A DNA stretch of 64,000 nucleotides, from contig JBHHTW010000003.1 in NCBI GenBank assembly GCA_046861385.1, positions 1-64,000 of the forward strand, read 5' to 3'. Position 1 is the first letter of the stretch, and each line of letters opens with the position of its first letter. Shown one piece after another: positions 20,196 to 29,936 of this stretch. Below the pieces are notes generated by a model. The model was given only the letters and a program-made list of their open reading frames with translations, was not told the origin of the DNA and did not search any database. The DNA comes from Fidelibacterota bacterium (GTDB lineage Bacteria; Fidelibacterota; Marinisomatia; Marinisomatales; TCS55). The position numbers and the translations under genes were made by a program.

Positions 20196-21071
20196 ATGAC
20201 TGATAAAATACAAACTGATCTAGAACAAAGCCAAAAACCAGAAAAAAAATCAATTCTTCGTGTAGTTGTTCATAGTTTTTTTGTGGTTCCTTTTTTAATC
20301 GCTATTTTTGCAGTACTGATCTATCTGATGGTGAGAGTACTGACTGTTGAACCCAATACCGCCCGAGATTACCTCGAACATGTGAAGACCGGAGGAACAA
20401 CTAAGCGATGGCAGGGTGCTTTTGAACTTTCGAAGATTTTATCTAATCCAAAAATGGTCCCGACAGATGACCGATTTGTCCATGAAATGATTTCAACCTT
20501 TGAGTATTCTGTCCACGAAAAAGATTCCAGAATTCGGGTTTACCTGGCATTGGCTATGGGGCGGACAGGAGATATGCGATATACTAAAACTCTGGTAGCT
20601 TCACTGAAAGACACAGATGTGTCCGTCATTGCCGCCGCAGCTTATGCATTGGGCCTCATCCATAGCCAGGATGCGCTGGATGCACTGAAACAGATTGCCA
20701 ATCATGAAGATGCCGGAGTGAGGTTGCAAGCCATAATTGCTTTGGGAAATTATAAAGATGAAAGAACAACGAATATCTTAATCAATGCACTGGAAGATCC
20801 GGAAGTAAACGTTCAGTGGGATGCGGCCGTTGCTCTGGCAAAACAAAAAAATAACAGCGGTCGCAGAATATTATTAGACCTATTGGATCGAAATTATTTA
20901 GATTCATTTCTTAATATTGATCCAAATGAGCAGGATCAAACGATGTTAATTGTGATGAGAGTGATTCCCGGAATTATTGATCCTGAATTCCGAAAAATAC
21001 TAAAAACATTAAGTGAAAATGATAAAAATTTGAAGATACGAGAAGCAGCACATAGAGCGTTAGGTTATTAA
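20196..21071 (+). CDS. Membrane-anchored HEAT-repeat protein
   Basis: One N-terminal TM, then repeats IRVYLALAMG, VIAAAAYALG, VRLQAIIALG, VQWDAAVALA, IREAAHRALG. Confidence 0.85.
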   Translation: MTDKIQTDLEQSQKPEKKSILRVVVHSFFVVPFLIAIFAVLIYLMVRVLTVEPNTARDYLEHVKTGGTTKRWQGAFELSKILSNPKMVPTDDRFVHEMISTFEYSVHEKDSRIRVYLALAMGRTGDMRYTKTLVASLKDTDVSVIAAAAYALGLIHSQDALDALKQIANHEDAGVRLQAIIALGNYKDERTTNILINALEDPEVNVQWDAAVALAKQKNNSGRRILLDLLDRNYLDSFLNIDPNEQDQTMLIVMRVIPGIIDPEFRKILKTLSENDKNLKIREAAHRALGY

Positions 21072-21078
21072 ATTAGAT

Positions 21079-21651
21079 ATGACAGAAATAAGTAAAAAAG
21101 AATCAGCAACCAAGAATCCCGGCCCCCGACCACCGGCAGCTTTAGGAAAAACAGATTCCTCCAATGAACTGACTCGCCGGTCATTTTTTTCCTGGCTAAC
21201 CATAGGTTGGTTGACCTTTGTAGGCGCAACCGGTGCTTTTTTCACTATGATGCTGCGATATTTTTTCCCCAATGTATTGTTTGAACCGGTCCAAACTTTT
21301 TTCGCTGGGGCACCCGATGACTACACCATTGGGGAGGTGGATCTAAGGTGGAAAGATAAATATGGTGTTTGGATAGTGAGAAATGAAGACGGAATTTACG
21401 CCCTATCAACTGTGTGTACCCATTTGGGCTGTACACCTAATTGGCTGGGTTCTGAACAAAAATTTAAGTGCCCATGCCACGGGAGCGGATATTACAAATC
21501 AGGAATTAATTTTGAAGGGCCTGCCCCCAGACCATTAGAGAGATTTAAAATTTCTTTATCTGATGATGGGCTAATCATTGTGGACAAAACAAAGAAATTT
21601 CAACAGGAAAAAGGGCAATGGAATGATCCAGAAGCTTTTTTGAAAGTTTAA
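21079..21651 (+). CDS. Rieske [2Fe-2S] subunit of a Rieske/cytochrome b complex
   Basis: Tat motif TRRSFF + TM; CTHLGC and CPCHGSGY; GPAPRPL. Confidence 0.95.
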   Translation: MTEISKKESATKNPGPRPPAALGKTDSSNELTRRSFFSWLTIGWLTFVGATGAFFTMMLRYFFPNVLFEPVQTFFAGAPDDYTIGEVDLRWKDKYGVWIVRNEDGIYALSTVCTHLGCTPNWLGSEQKFKCPCHGSGYYKSGINFEGPAPRPLERFKISLSDDGLIIVDKTKKFQQEKGQWNDPEAFLKV

Positions 21652-21656
21652 AGGTA

Positions 21657-22424
21657 ATGGGAAAATTCAGAAACACTCAATTTTACAAATCTATTTTTAG
21701 GGGGGGAGGTGTCCCCAAAAGTCGTCGTCAAAGGATGATGGTTGTTTTAAATAGTGTATTTTTACATTTGCATCCCGTCAGGTTACCAAAGCATGCAGTC
21801 AAATTAAAATTTACTTGGTGTATGGGAGGTCTCTCATTTTTCATTTTCTTGATACTAACCATTTCAGGTATTCTTTTAATGTTTTATTATCGCCCAACCA
21901 TTGAATATGCCTACACCGATATTATTGATCTGGCAGAACAGGTACCGTTCGGTATTATGAGAGAAATTCATCGTTGGGGAGCCCACGCCATGGTCATTAC
22001 TGTCTGGCTCCATATGTTCCGTGTTTTTATGACAGGTTCTTATAAGCCACCGAGAGAATTTAATTGGGTCATTGGTGTAGTGTTGCTATTGTTAACATTA
22101 CTCTTAAGCTTTACAGGATATTTACTTCCCTGGGATCAACTTGCAATCTGGGCCATTACAGTCGGGTCTAACATGGCTAGGGCTACACCATTTTTGGGTC
22201 ATGAAGGTCCCGGAGCCGCTTTACTGGCCATCGGTGACATTAATTTTATTACAATGGGGAGCGATGTACGATTTGCATTAATCGGGGCCCGGTTTATGGG
22301 AGAGGCTGCTTTGCTGAGGTTTTATGTTCTCCACTGTATTGGCCTTCCTTTCATCATCATGATATTTATGGCCATTCATTTCTGGCGGATACGTAAAGAC
22401 GGCGGAATATCTACTCCGGTATAA
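21657..22424 (+). CDS. Cytochrome b N-terminal half (cytochrome b6-like)
   Basis: WCMGG, REIHRWGAH..LHMFRVF, FTGYLLPWDQ, FYVLHC..IHFWRIRKDG. Confidence 0.93.
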   Translation: MGKFRNTQFYKSIFRGGGVPKSRRQRMMVVLNSVFLHLHPVRLPKHAVKLKFTWCMGGLSFFIFLILTISGILLMFYYRPTIEYAYTDIIDLAEQVPFGIMREIHRWGAHAMVITVWLHMFRVFMTGSYKPPREFNWVIGVVLLLLTLLLSFTGYLLPWDQLAIWAITVGSNMARATPFLGHEGPGAALLAIGDINFITMGSDVRFALIGARFMGEAALLRFYVLHCIGLPFIIMIFMAIHFWRIRKDGGISTPV

Positions 22425-23545
22425 TGATGGAAAATTTAAAACACTTTATCGATATCATTTCCAATCCGACGATTCTTTTTACATCGACGGCACTCATATT
22501 CTTTTTCATTTTTCCCATCAATGACTGGTTTGATAAATGGAATCGCCGCCTGAAACTTTATCTCCTCTGGTCAAAAAGGTCCATGCTGATTGTTACCATC
22601 ATTATGGTCACCTTTTATCTTTTTGGATTGACAGACCCGGATTTCAGATCCATCGTCCTGAAGCCAGATAATGTTCCCATTTCAGGCTTGATATTTTTAG
22701 TTTATTTCTTTACTTGGCTTTCGATGCACCAGGCGTACGAAAATGATGCAAGACTGGAAAGAGGGGAACCCCTCGATGAACAATATGATGCCCCCAATGA
22801 TAAAGTATTGGTCTGGCCCGATCTGGTTTATATTGAGTTTATTTCACTCATTCTGTTTTCTGCTTTCCTACTGATTTGGTCCGTGGGATTACCCGCACCG
22901 ATTGAAGAAGCGGCCAATCCAACCGAATCTCCCAATCCTGCCAAAGCACCCTGGTATTTTTTGGGACTTCAGGAAATGTTGGTATACTTTGATCCCTGGA
23001 TGGCCGGTGTGGTTCTCCCCAGTTTAATTATTGTTGGACTAATGGCGATCCCCTATATCGACAGTGAACGATCCGGCGCCGGATATTACAGTTATAAAAA
23101 CAGGAAATTGTCCATCGCGTTATTTATGTTTGGCTGGCTCGTTCTATGGGATATGCTGATTATCGTTGGGACATTTTTACGGGGACCTAATTGGAATTTT
23201 TTCGGCCCATTTGAATATTGGGATATCCATAAGCTGGAAGCACTAACCAATATTAATTTTTCGGAGTTTGTTTATATTAAATGGTTAAGCACCGGGTTAC
23301 CTGATAATATTTTGTTGAGGGAAATGTGGGGAATTTTAATGGTTTTAGGATATTTTCTTATTTTACCCCCTTTACTGGCAAAAACCTGGTGCAGCAAAAT
23401 CTACGACCGATTGGGTTCCTTTCGATATTCAATTTTTATTGTTTTGATACTGATTGCCTTGACTCTGCCAATCAAAATGTATTTAAGGTGGATTTTTAAC
23501 CTGAAATACATTATTTCGATTCCGGAATACTTCTTCAACTTTTAA
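22424..23545 (+). CDS. Cytochrome b C-terminal half / subunit IV-like, with extra TM helices
   Basis: VWPDL, PNPAKAPWYFLGLQE (PEWY variant), IPYID, GTFLRGPNW. Confidence 0.85.
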   Translation: MMENLKHFIDIISNPTILFTSTALIFFFIFPINDWFDKWNRRLKLYLLWSKRSMLIVTIIMVTFYLFGLTDPDFRSIVLKPDNVPISGLIFLVYFFTWLSMHQAYENDARLERGEPLDEQYDAPNDKVLVWPDLVYIEFISLILFSAFLLIWSVGLPAPIEEAANPTESPNPAKAPWYFLGLQEMLVYFDPWMAGVVLPSLIIVGLMAIPYIDSERSGAGYYSYKNRKLSIALFMFGWLVLWDMLIIVGTFLRGPNWNFFGPFEYWDIHKLEALTNINFSEFVYIKWLSTGLPDNILLREMWGILMVLGYFLILPPLLAKTWCSKIYDRLGSFRYSIFIVLILIALTLPIKMYLRWIFNLKYIISIPEYFFNF

Positions 23546-23560
23546 TTCAAACATTAAAGC

Positions 23561-26500
23561 ATGATTGATCAACAAGAACGATATTATAATATTCTTAAAC
23601 TGAATCGATGGTTTGCCATATCCAGCATCGTTTTTCTGGGTATCTGGCTACTGGTATTTGCGGATGATTATAATCGCCCATGGAAGAAATATCAGAAAGA
23701 ATTTCGTCAACTGGAAATTGAAAATATTCAAAATGACATTACAAATATTAAAAAACAACTGGAGCATAACCCTGAGTATTTGGAGTTGAATACCTCTCTG
23801 AAAAGCGCGAAAAAAAATCTTCATAATAAAACGGATGAAATTGATCGATTAAATGAAGAGCTCGAAAAACTCAAAGCAGAATATTATGGCGTTAATCAAA
23901 ATTACCAGTTTACAAAAGCGGAATATGATGTGGCGAAGTTTTATATGGATCAAGCAAGGCATGAGCAAGGTGATATCAATGAAGCAATGAGCAAATTAGA
24001 AGAATTGGACAGGCAAATTTCCACCTATAAACTTAACCTTGAGGTGATTGATACAAAAATGGATGATTATAAGCATTTGTTAAAAAAGCTGTATAATGAG
24101 AAAAAAACGATCACGGATGAGTTAACTATTTTTACATTTAAGCGGGATTTGACTAAACGAAAATTGTCCAAGATTGATCCTGATTCCATGAGTATTGCCA
24201 ATAAAATTGCCAATATCGTGAGAGATTTACCTGTTCTGGATTTTATTAATCCTTACTATGAAGTGAAACAAGTGGTAGTGAATGACTTAGAAGAGGATTT
24301 AATTTTTACCGGAATGCCAAAAGTAGATCGATGCATGACCTGTCATGTCAGTATCGATAAAAGAGGTTTTGAAAATGCTCCACAACCATTTACGACCCAC
24401 CCCAAATTTGACTTAATGGTCGGATCAAACTCCGATCATCCTCTCAGTGAATATGGTTGTACTGCATGTCATGGAGGCAGAGGAAGAGGTACCGACTTTG
24501 TGTCTTCTGCCCATTCTCCGACCAATCCGGAACAAGCCGCTGAATGGAAAGAAAAGTATGATTGGCATCGTCTTCATCATTGGGATAATCCTATGCTGCC
24601 CTTGCAATATGTTGAAGCATCATGTTACAAGTGTCATAACGGAACCATGCCGGTCAGAGAAGCTCCTACCTTGAGCCTGGGCCTGGCCATCGTTGAAAAA
24701 GGAGGCTGCTTTGGCTGCCATCAAATTGACCGTTGGGAGCACACGCCAAAACCGGGACCCGGACTCACGAAAATTGCAAATAAAACCACTGAAGAATTCG
24801 CATTCAAATGGGTCTATGCACCAAGAGATTTTAAACACGATACCTGGATGCCTCACTTTTTCAACCAAATAAATTCCAGTGATGAAGCTTCCATTAAACG
24901 AACTAATCAGGAAATTCGTGCGATTGTTCATTATTTGTTCAAAAACAGCGAATCATATGAAATGGAAAATATCCCCCATAATGGCAACCCTGAAAATGGT
25001 AGAATGTTGGTAAAAAGTTTAGGGTGTATGGGATGCCATCGAATGGAAGAAGACCCCCTAGAGGATGACAAACCATCTTTTGATGCAATGCGCCGCCAGC
25101 AGGGACCTAATCTGATTTACTTGGGCTCTAAAACAAATCAACAATGGATTTATAATTGGATAAGAAATCCACAGAGTTATCATCCGGATACGAAAATGCC
25201 TAATCTTCGCTTGTCAAAACAGGAAGCTTCGGATATATCCTCTTATCTAATATCTGAAAAAAATGAAGAATTTGATGCCAGAGTTGTTCCGGATTTGGAC
25301 ATAGATGAACTAGATAAAATAGTAAGATCATTTTTAAGACAAACAAAAAGAAAAGAAGAAGTTGATTTTGAGATAAGTTCCATGATGATAAATCAAAAAC
25401 TAAATTATGCCGGTGAAAAACTCATCCGTCATTATGGTTGTTTTAGCTGTCATGCGATTGACGGATTTGAAAATGCAAAATCCATCGGAACGCCATTGAC
25501 CACTGAGGGGAGCAAACTGATTTCAAAATTAGCTTTTGGGTTTATGGGAGATGAAATTGAACATACAAAATGGGATTGGTTCAAATTAAAGTTAACAAAC
25601 CCCAGAATATATGATATGATTCCGATGGGTAGTGGAAACTATGCGATGAGTGTAAAACGACCTCTGGAAAAATTAAGAATGCCTCATTTTGGATTAAATA
25701 AAGATGAACTGGACGCGATCGTGACTGTGATTTTGGGATTTGTGAAGGATGAAATTCCATCCACCAAACTCCCTGCCAGAACCACACGTAATCTGATTGT
25801 GGAAGAAGGGGAAAGGCTCATTCAGACCTATAATTGTAAAGGATGTCATTCCATAGATGGAGATGGAGGCGTTATTCGTTCTACTGTGGCTGAATGGATT
25901 GGGGAAATTGCGGATGAGTCTGCTTCAAAGGATGCTAGTTTGGTCCAATCTTTTTCTCCTCCTATTCTCAATAGTGAAGGAAGAAAAATTCAACCGGAGT
26001 GGTTGTTTAACTTTTTCAAAGCGCCTACCATGATTCGTCCGAATTTAATGGTCAGGATGCCGACATTTTCCATGATATCCAACCAAGACTGGAATAAAAT
26101 AATAAAGTATTTTCAGTATAAAGATGGTCAATTACTCGCATACGAACATTCAATCGAGGTTGATAAAAAATCAGATTCTTACAAATCAGGAGAGAAAATA
26201 CAGGAGTTGGGAGCTTGTAATAATTGTCATTTTTATGGGTCACAAAAACCAAAACAAACTGCATTGTCATGGGCTCCGAATCTAGTGTTGGCCAAAAAAA
26301 GATTAAGACCGGATTGGCTGAAGGACTGGTTTATTGATCCTCAACAAATCATGCCTGGGACAAAAATGCCTGCTCCGTACATTCCCACGGATGAACCTAT
26401 AGACGATGTCTTGACCAATTGGGGAAGTGCTGTTGCAAGTATGAATGGCGATTCAACAAAATTATATCAGGGTTTGATTGATTATGTTATGGGAATTGAT

Positions 26501-26596
26501 GGCGATACCGATATATCAAAAATTGTAAAGACTCATTTGAAAACAGAAGGCTATGGTTTTGTCATTGAAGAAGATGAGTGGGGAGATGACTGGTAA
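23561..26596 (+). CDS. Membrane-anchored multiheme cytochrome c (8 CxxCH) with long coiled coil
   Basis: CMTCH, CTACH, CYKCH, CFGCH, CMGCH, CFSCH, CKGCH, CNNCH; repeated W..P...MP class-I patterns. Confidence 0.92.
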   Translation: MIDQQERYYNILKLNRWFAISSIVFLGIWLLVFADDYNRPWKKYQKEFRQLEIENIQNDITNIKKQLEHNPEYLELNTSLKSAKKNLHNKTDEIDRLNEELEKLKAEYYGVNQNYQFTKAEYDVAKFYMDQARHEQGDINEAMSKLEELDRQISTYKLNLEVIDTKMDDYKHLLKKLYNEKKTITDELTIFTFKRDLTKRKLSKIDPDSMSIANKIANIVRDLPVLDFINPYYEVKQVVVNDLEEDLIFTGMPKVDRCMTCHVSIDKRGFENAPQPFTTHPKFDLMVGSNSDHPLSEYGCTACHGGRGRGTDFVSSAHSPTNPEQAAEWKEKYDWHRLHHWDNPMLPLQYVEASCYKCHNGTMPVREAPTLSLGLAIVEKGGCFGCHQIDRWEHTPKPGPGLTKIANKTTEEFAFKWVYAPRDFKHDTWMPHFFNQINSSDEASIKRTNQEIRAIVHYLFKNSESYEMENIPHNGNPENGRMLVKSLGCMGCHRMEEDPLEDDKPSFDAMRRQQGPNLIYLGSKTNQQWIYNWIRNPQSYHPDTKMPNLRLSKQEASDISSYLISEKNEEFDARVVPDLDIDELDKIVRSFLRQTKRKEEVDFEISSMMINQKLNYAGEKLIRHYGCFSCHAIDGFENAKSIGTPLTTEGSKLISKLAFGFMGDEIEHTKWDWFKLKLTNPRIYDMIPMGSGNYAMSVKRPLEKLRMPHFGLNKDELDAIVTVILGFVKDEIPSTKLPARTTRNLIVEEGERLIQTYNCKGCHSIDGDGGVIRSTVAEWIGEIADESASKDASLVQSFSPPILNSEGRKIQPEWLFNFFKAPTMIRPNLMVRMPTFSMISNQDWNKIIKYFQYKDGQLLAYEHSIEVDKKSDSYKSGEKIQELGACNNCHFYGSQKPKQTALSWAPNLVLAKKRLRPDWLKDWFIDPQQIMPGTKMPAPYIPTDEPIDDVLTNWGSAVASMNGDSTKLYQGLIDYVMGIDGDTDISKIVKTHLKTEGYGFVIEEDEWGDDW

Positions 26597-26605
26597 TTCA
26601 AAAAA

Positions 26606-27313
26606 TCAATGTGAATTGTTGGGTCTGATAAAAGTAAAATCCAGAGTTGCAGTTTGATTAAGAATAGTAATATTTTTTCTTAGCACTTTCTTTGAACCGA
26701 ATTTTTCCTGCCAGGCAACCACTTCATATTCTCCAGGGCGTATATTGGTAATAACATATTTACCATCAGTTGATGTGATTGCAAAATAGGAATGATCAAA
26801 AACTTGTATATATGATTTCATCCAGGGATGAACATTGCATTTGACCACAAAAACACCTTCTGCTTTTTGGAAAATAATTGATTTTTCTTTAACTGTTTTT
26901 GGCATTCCAAAATTAAAGGGAGGATTTAATTTTGGTACACCATGGACATTATGCATGGTCGGGTCGCTATTTAATATTAGCAATTCTTGGCCTGCTCGAA
27001 CACCAACAACGTGTGGTGAGTACATACAGCCTTTCTGGTCTAATACTACTGGTTCAGACGGCACCTCACGGTCATCGATAGGCTTTTTTATGTAAACGAT
27101 AACGTTTGCCAGATTACCATTCTCATCCACCATTAAACTCTGGTTATATGCATTGCCTTGGTTTGAAGAACAACACACCGGATCTGAATCCATTCTAATG
27201 TATTTTTGCTTGGGAGGTTTTCCAATAAATTTGACTGTCCCAATCAAATCAATTGGATAGAGAGTTGATAGTATTAACTCAATAAAAAAAATGAGCTTAA
27301 AGTATTTCTGCAT
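26606..27313 (-). CDS. Exported cupredoxin-motif / carboxypeptidase-regulatory-like domain protein (paralog A)
   Basis: Signal peptide; DQKGC.Y.PHV, HNVH, CNVHPWM, PGEYEVVAWQE. Confidence 0.75.
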   Translation of the reverse strand: MQKYFKLIFFIELILSTLYPIDLIGTVKFIGKPPKQKYIRMDSDPVCCSSNQGNAYNQSLMVDENGNLANVIVYIKKPIDDREVPSEPVVLDQKGCMYSPHVVGVRAGQELLILNSDPTMHNVHGVPKLNPPFNFGMPKTVKEKSIIFQKAEGVFVVKCNVHPWMKSYIQVFDHSYFAITSTDGKYVITNIRPGEYEVVAWQEKFGSKKVLRKNITILNQTATLDFTFIRPNNSH

Positions 27314-27436
27314 ATTCTTATAGTTATATTAATAGTCGAAATTATTAGTAAGAATCAAAATAATTTAGAAACTCATAGAATGGTAAAACAAGATTGAAAT
27401 CATTCGTATATTTAATCAAGTTTTTACAGTGAATAA

Positions 27437-27454
27437 TAAGATAAAAATATCTTA
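27437..27454. promoter_or_regulatory. Candidate Rrf2-type operator
   Basis: TAAGATA-aaaa-TATCTTA palindrome upstream of paralog A; AT-rich context so chance is possible. Confidence 0.35.
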
Positions 27455-28025
27455 AATACTTGTATTGGTTTATTTTGCATATATATATTCAATCAACAAT
27501 TTCCTAAAGAAAATATGTTTAATAATCATCGTTATGAAAAGTAATTTTCACATTCTAAATAGTAAAAATGGTTTGACGCTTGGCACACATCGTATTATGA
27601 GTCCGTTGTTCCTATCTTTTCTTGGCTTCCCTCCCTTTGGTTGCCTACAAAGAACCAAAAACCACAAAATAGAAAAGATAGCTTCCCTAATGAAATGACA
27701 GACCATGATATTTAAGCAGTACTTTTGTACACTTAAGACATTATTATAAGATAGGTCTGGCTTACCCATCTCGATTAATAATGTTGATAGTGTCAAGCGT
27801 TAATATTGTAAATATTAATAGAATATTAATTACGATGTCTTACTTTTTTAATAGTGGAATACAATCAGTAATGATATCCTTCATAAGGATTGATGGATTC
27901 ATTAAACACAATTATATCAAATACCAAATCTTGAAAAGTATACAAAGAACTGGGTTTGAAAGAGCTACAAAAATAAATAATATAGATATAGAGATTTAAA
28001 ACTAATAATGTTTACATTCAAAAAT

Positions 28026-28463
28026 ATGTTATATTCAAAATCAGCAGAATACGCAATTCAAGCCATGATTTATCTGGCAGAAAAGAACACTGATAAACCG
28101 ATAATGATCAGCAAAATTGCTGAAGAGTATGGTATACCGTATCAATTCTTAGCCAAGATTATGCAGATATTGGTAAAACAGCGATTAATTGTGGCGACAC
28201 GGGGACGAAAAGGTGGAATTAATTTAGCAAAAGATTCAAAGGATATCTTTTTGCATCAAATTGTTTACGCTGTAGATGGTCCACCACCCGATAAAGATCA
28301 ATGCGTCATTGGGTTAGATAGGTGCAGTGATGAAGTCCCTTGCCCCCTTCATGACCAATGGAAACCAATTCGAAAACAAATTCGCGAAATGCTTACATCT
28401 GAGCCATTGGATGACTTGGCAGAACGGGTCTTAGAAAAACGGGAGAAAATGGAAAATAAATAG
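28026..28463 (+). CDS. Rrf2 family transcriptional regulator (3 Cys); start 28008 or 28026
   Basis: SKSAEYAIQA, FLAKIMQ.L, RGRKGG; CVIGLDRC..CPLH. Confidence 0.92.
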   Translation: MLYSKSAEYAIQAMIYLAEKNTDKPIMISKIAEEYGIPYQFLAKIMQILVKQRLIVATRGRKGGINLAKDSKDIFLHQIVYAVDGPPPDKDQCVIGLDRCSDEVPCPLHDQWKPIRKQIREMLTSEPLDDLAERVLEKREKMENK

Positions 28464-28563
28464 ATTATTTGTTTTTCCTTTTCAAAAACCAGCGCGGTCA
28501 AATTTCACGCATCCGACCTTTTTAAAAAAATTAAATTAAACCGTCATTTTATTTTATTATTTT

Positions 28564-28590
28564 AATAGTGGACAAATATTGTCCACTATT
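28564..28590. promoter_or_regulatory. Perfect 12-3-12 inverted repeat, probable regulator operator
   Basis: AATAGTGGACAA-ata-TTGTCCACTATT directly before a TTGCCT-N17-TATTTT promoter-like sequence. Confidence 0.7.
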
Positions 28591-28693
28591 TTACTTGCCT
28601 ATTTTTTTAACCCTTATTATTTTCCTGTACAGCATCTAAACAGTTTCATCTAAAGATAGTACACTAATTCAATAATTTAGGAGTAATTATACA

Positions 28694-29107
28694 TTGGGAA
28701 TCAGCAAGGCGAGTGATTATGCTATATTAATTATGGCTTACTTTTCATCCCAACCCGAGGGAAAAATCAAAAGTAAATCTGCTATTGCTGTCGAGTTATC
28801 ATTACCGGAAGAATATTTGTCAAAAATTTTACAAAAATTAGCCAAAGCAGGTTTTATTATTTCGATTAAAGGAGTGAAGGGTGGGTACCGATTGAAGGAA
28901 TTCCCATGTCGATTAACCTTCCTTGATATTATTGAGTCCATTGACGGGAAAATAAGTATTGTTGGTTGTTTATCGAATGATTCTGACATTTGCAAACGAG
29001 AAAGTCTTTGCTCTTCTCTGATACAAAAAATGGCTATGGTCAATACAGGCATCATGAATGTATTACGCAATGCTACTTTTACCGATATTTCAGTTCCAGT
29101 CTATTAA
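28694..29107 (+). CDS. Rrf2 family transcriptional regulator (3 Cys, TTG start)
   Basis: SKASDYA, YLSKILQKL, KGVKGGYRL; C..C..C; RBS AGGAG. Confidence 0.9.
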   Translation: MGISKASDYAILIMAYFSSQPEGKIKSKSAIAVELSLPEEYLSKILQKLAKAGFIISIKGVKGGYRLKEFPCRLTFLDIIESIDGKISIVGCLSNDSDICKRESLCSSLIQKMAMVNTGIMNVLRNATFTDISVPVY

Positions 29108-29184
29108 ATGAAAAAACAACTAACTATTTCAATCAACCATTGATTGGTGTTTAATGAGTATTAATCCTAACTTGGAGGAAAAAG

Positions 29185-29886
29185 ATGAATAAATCAACAT
29201 TGGTAATGGTGATAACCTTTGGAATGCTTTCACAACTGTTTTCAAGTGAAATAACCGGAAAGATTGTTTTCGAAGGTAAAACACCCAAAATGAAAAAATT
29301 AAGAATTGATGCAGATCCGATCTGTGTTGCTAATAATGAAGTTCCGCCGAGATCTGAATGGCTGATTGTGGATGAAAATGGTGGTATAAAAAATATGATT
29401 GTATCTGTGATTGAAGGGGTTAAGGGATCTTATGACCCTCCGGAGACACCTGCAATTTTAGACCAAAAGGGCTGTGTTTATCAACCACATGTGCTGGCAG
29501 TCATGGTTGGACAGGAAGTGGAAATTCTAAATAATGACGGTCTGATGCATAATATACATGCGTTGCCAAAAAAAAATAAAGAATTCAATAAAGCCATGCC
29601 AAAATTTAAGAAAAAGGTCTTGACTAAATTTGACAAGGTCGAAAAACCTTTCAAAATTAAGTGCGATGTTCATCCATGGATGGGCGCATACATTGGCGTT
29701 TATAATCACCCGTATTTTGCGGTGACAGGGGAGGATGGCACTTATGCCATTTCCGGATTAGATCCGGGTGAATATGTGATTGAAGCCTGGCATGAAAAAC
29801 TGGGAACGCAGACAGCAACGATTACGGTTGGAGACGGTATGACGACGGCAGACTTTACATTTAAAAAACCGTCCAGAAAGAAATAA
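29185..29886 (+). CDS. Exported cupredoxin-motif / carboxypeptidase-regulatory-like domain protein (paralog B)
   Basis: Signal peptide; DQKGCVYQPHV, HNIH, CDVHPWM; RBS GGAGG. Confidence 0.78.
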   Translation: MNKSTLVMVITFGMLSQLFSSEITGKIVFEGKTPKMKKLRIDADPICVANNEVPPRSEWLIVDENGGIKNMIVSVIEGVKGSYDPPETPAILDQKGCVYQPHVLAVMVGQEVEILNNDGLMHNIHALPKKNKEFNKAMPKFKKKVLTKFDKVEKPFKIKCDVHPWMGAYIGVYNHPYFAVTGEDGTYAISGLDPGEYVIEAWHEKLGTQTATITVGDGMTTADFTFKKPSRKK

Positions 29887-29936
29887 ATTTTTATACAATT
29901 ATTGTTTACGAATTAACCATAAAGGAAACCCACTGA

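Noticed and set aside
20020-20253. 77-aa minus ORF with repeated VPRKGV
   Set aside because: The repeat is just the antisense of the tRNA 3' end and its duplicate
27785-27797. Possible FNR box TTGAT-agt-GTCAA
   Set aside because: Spacer is 3 nt rather than the 4 required for TTGAT-N4-ATCAA
27465-27999. Three short ORFs (77, 82, 72 aa) in the respiratory intergenic gap
   Set aside because: No RBS or motifs, mutually overlapping, low-complexity AT-driven composition
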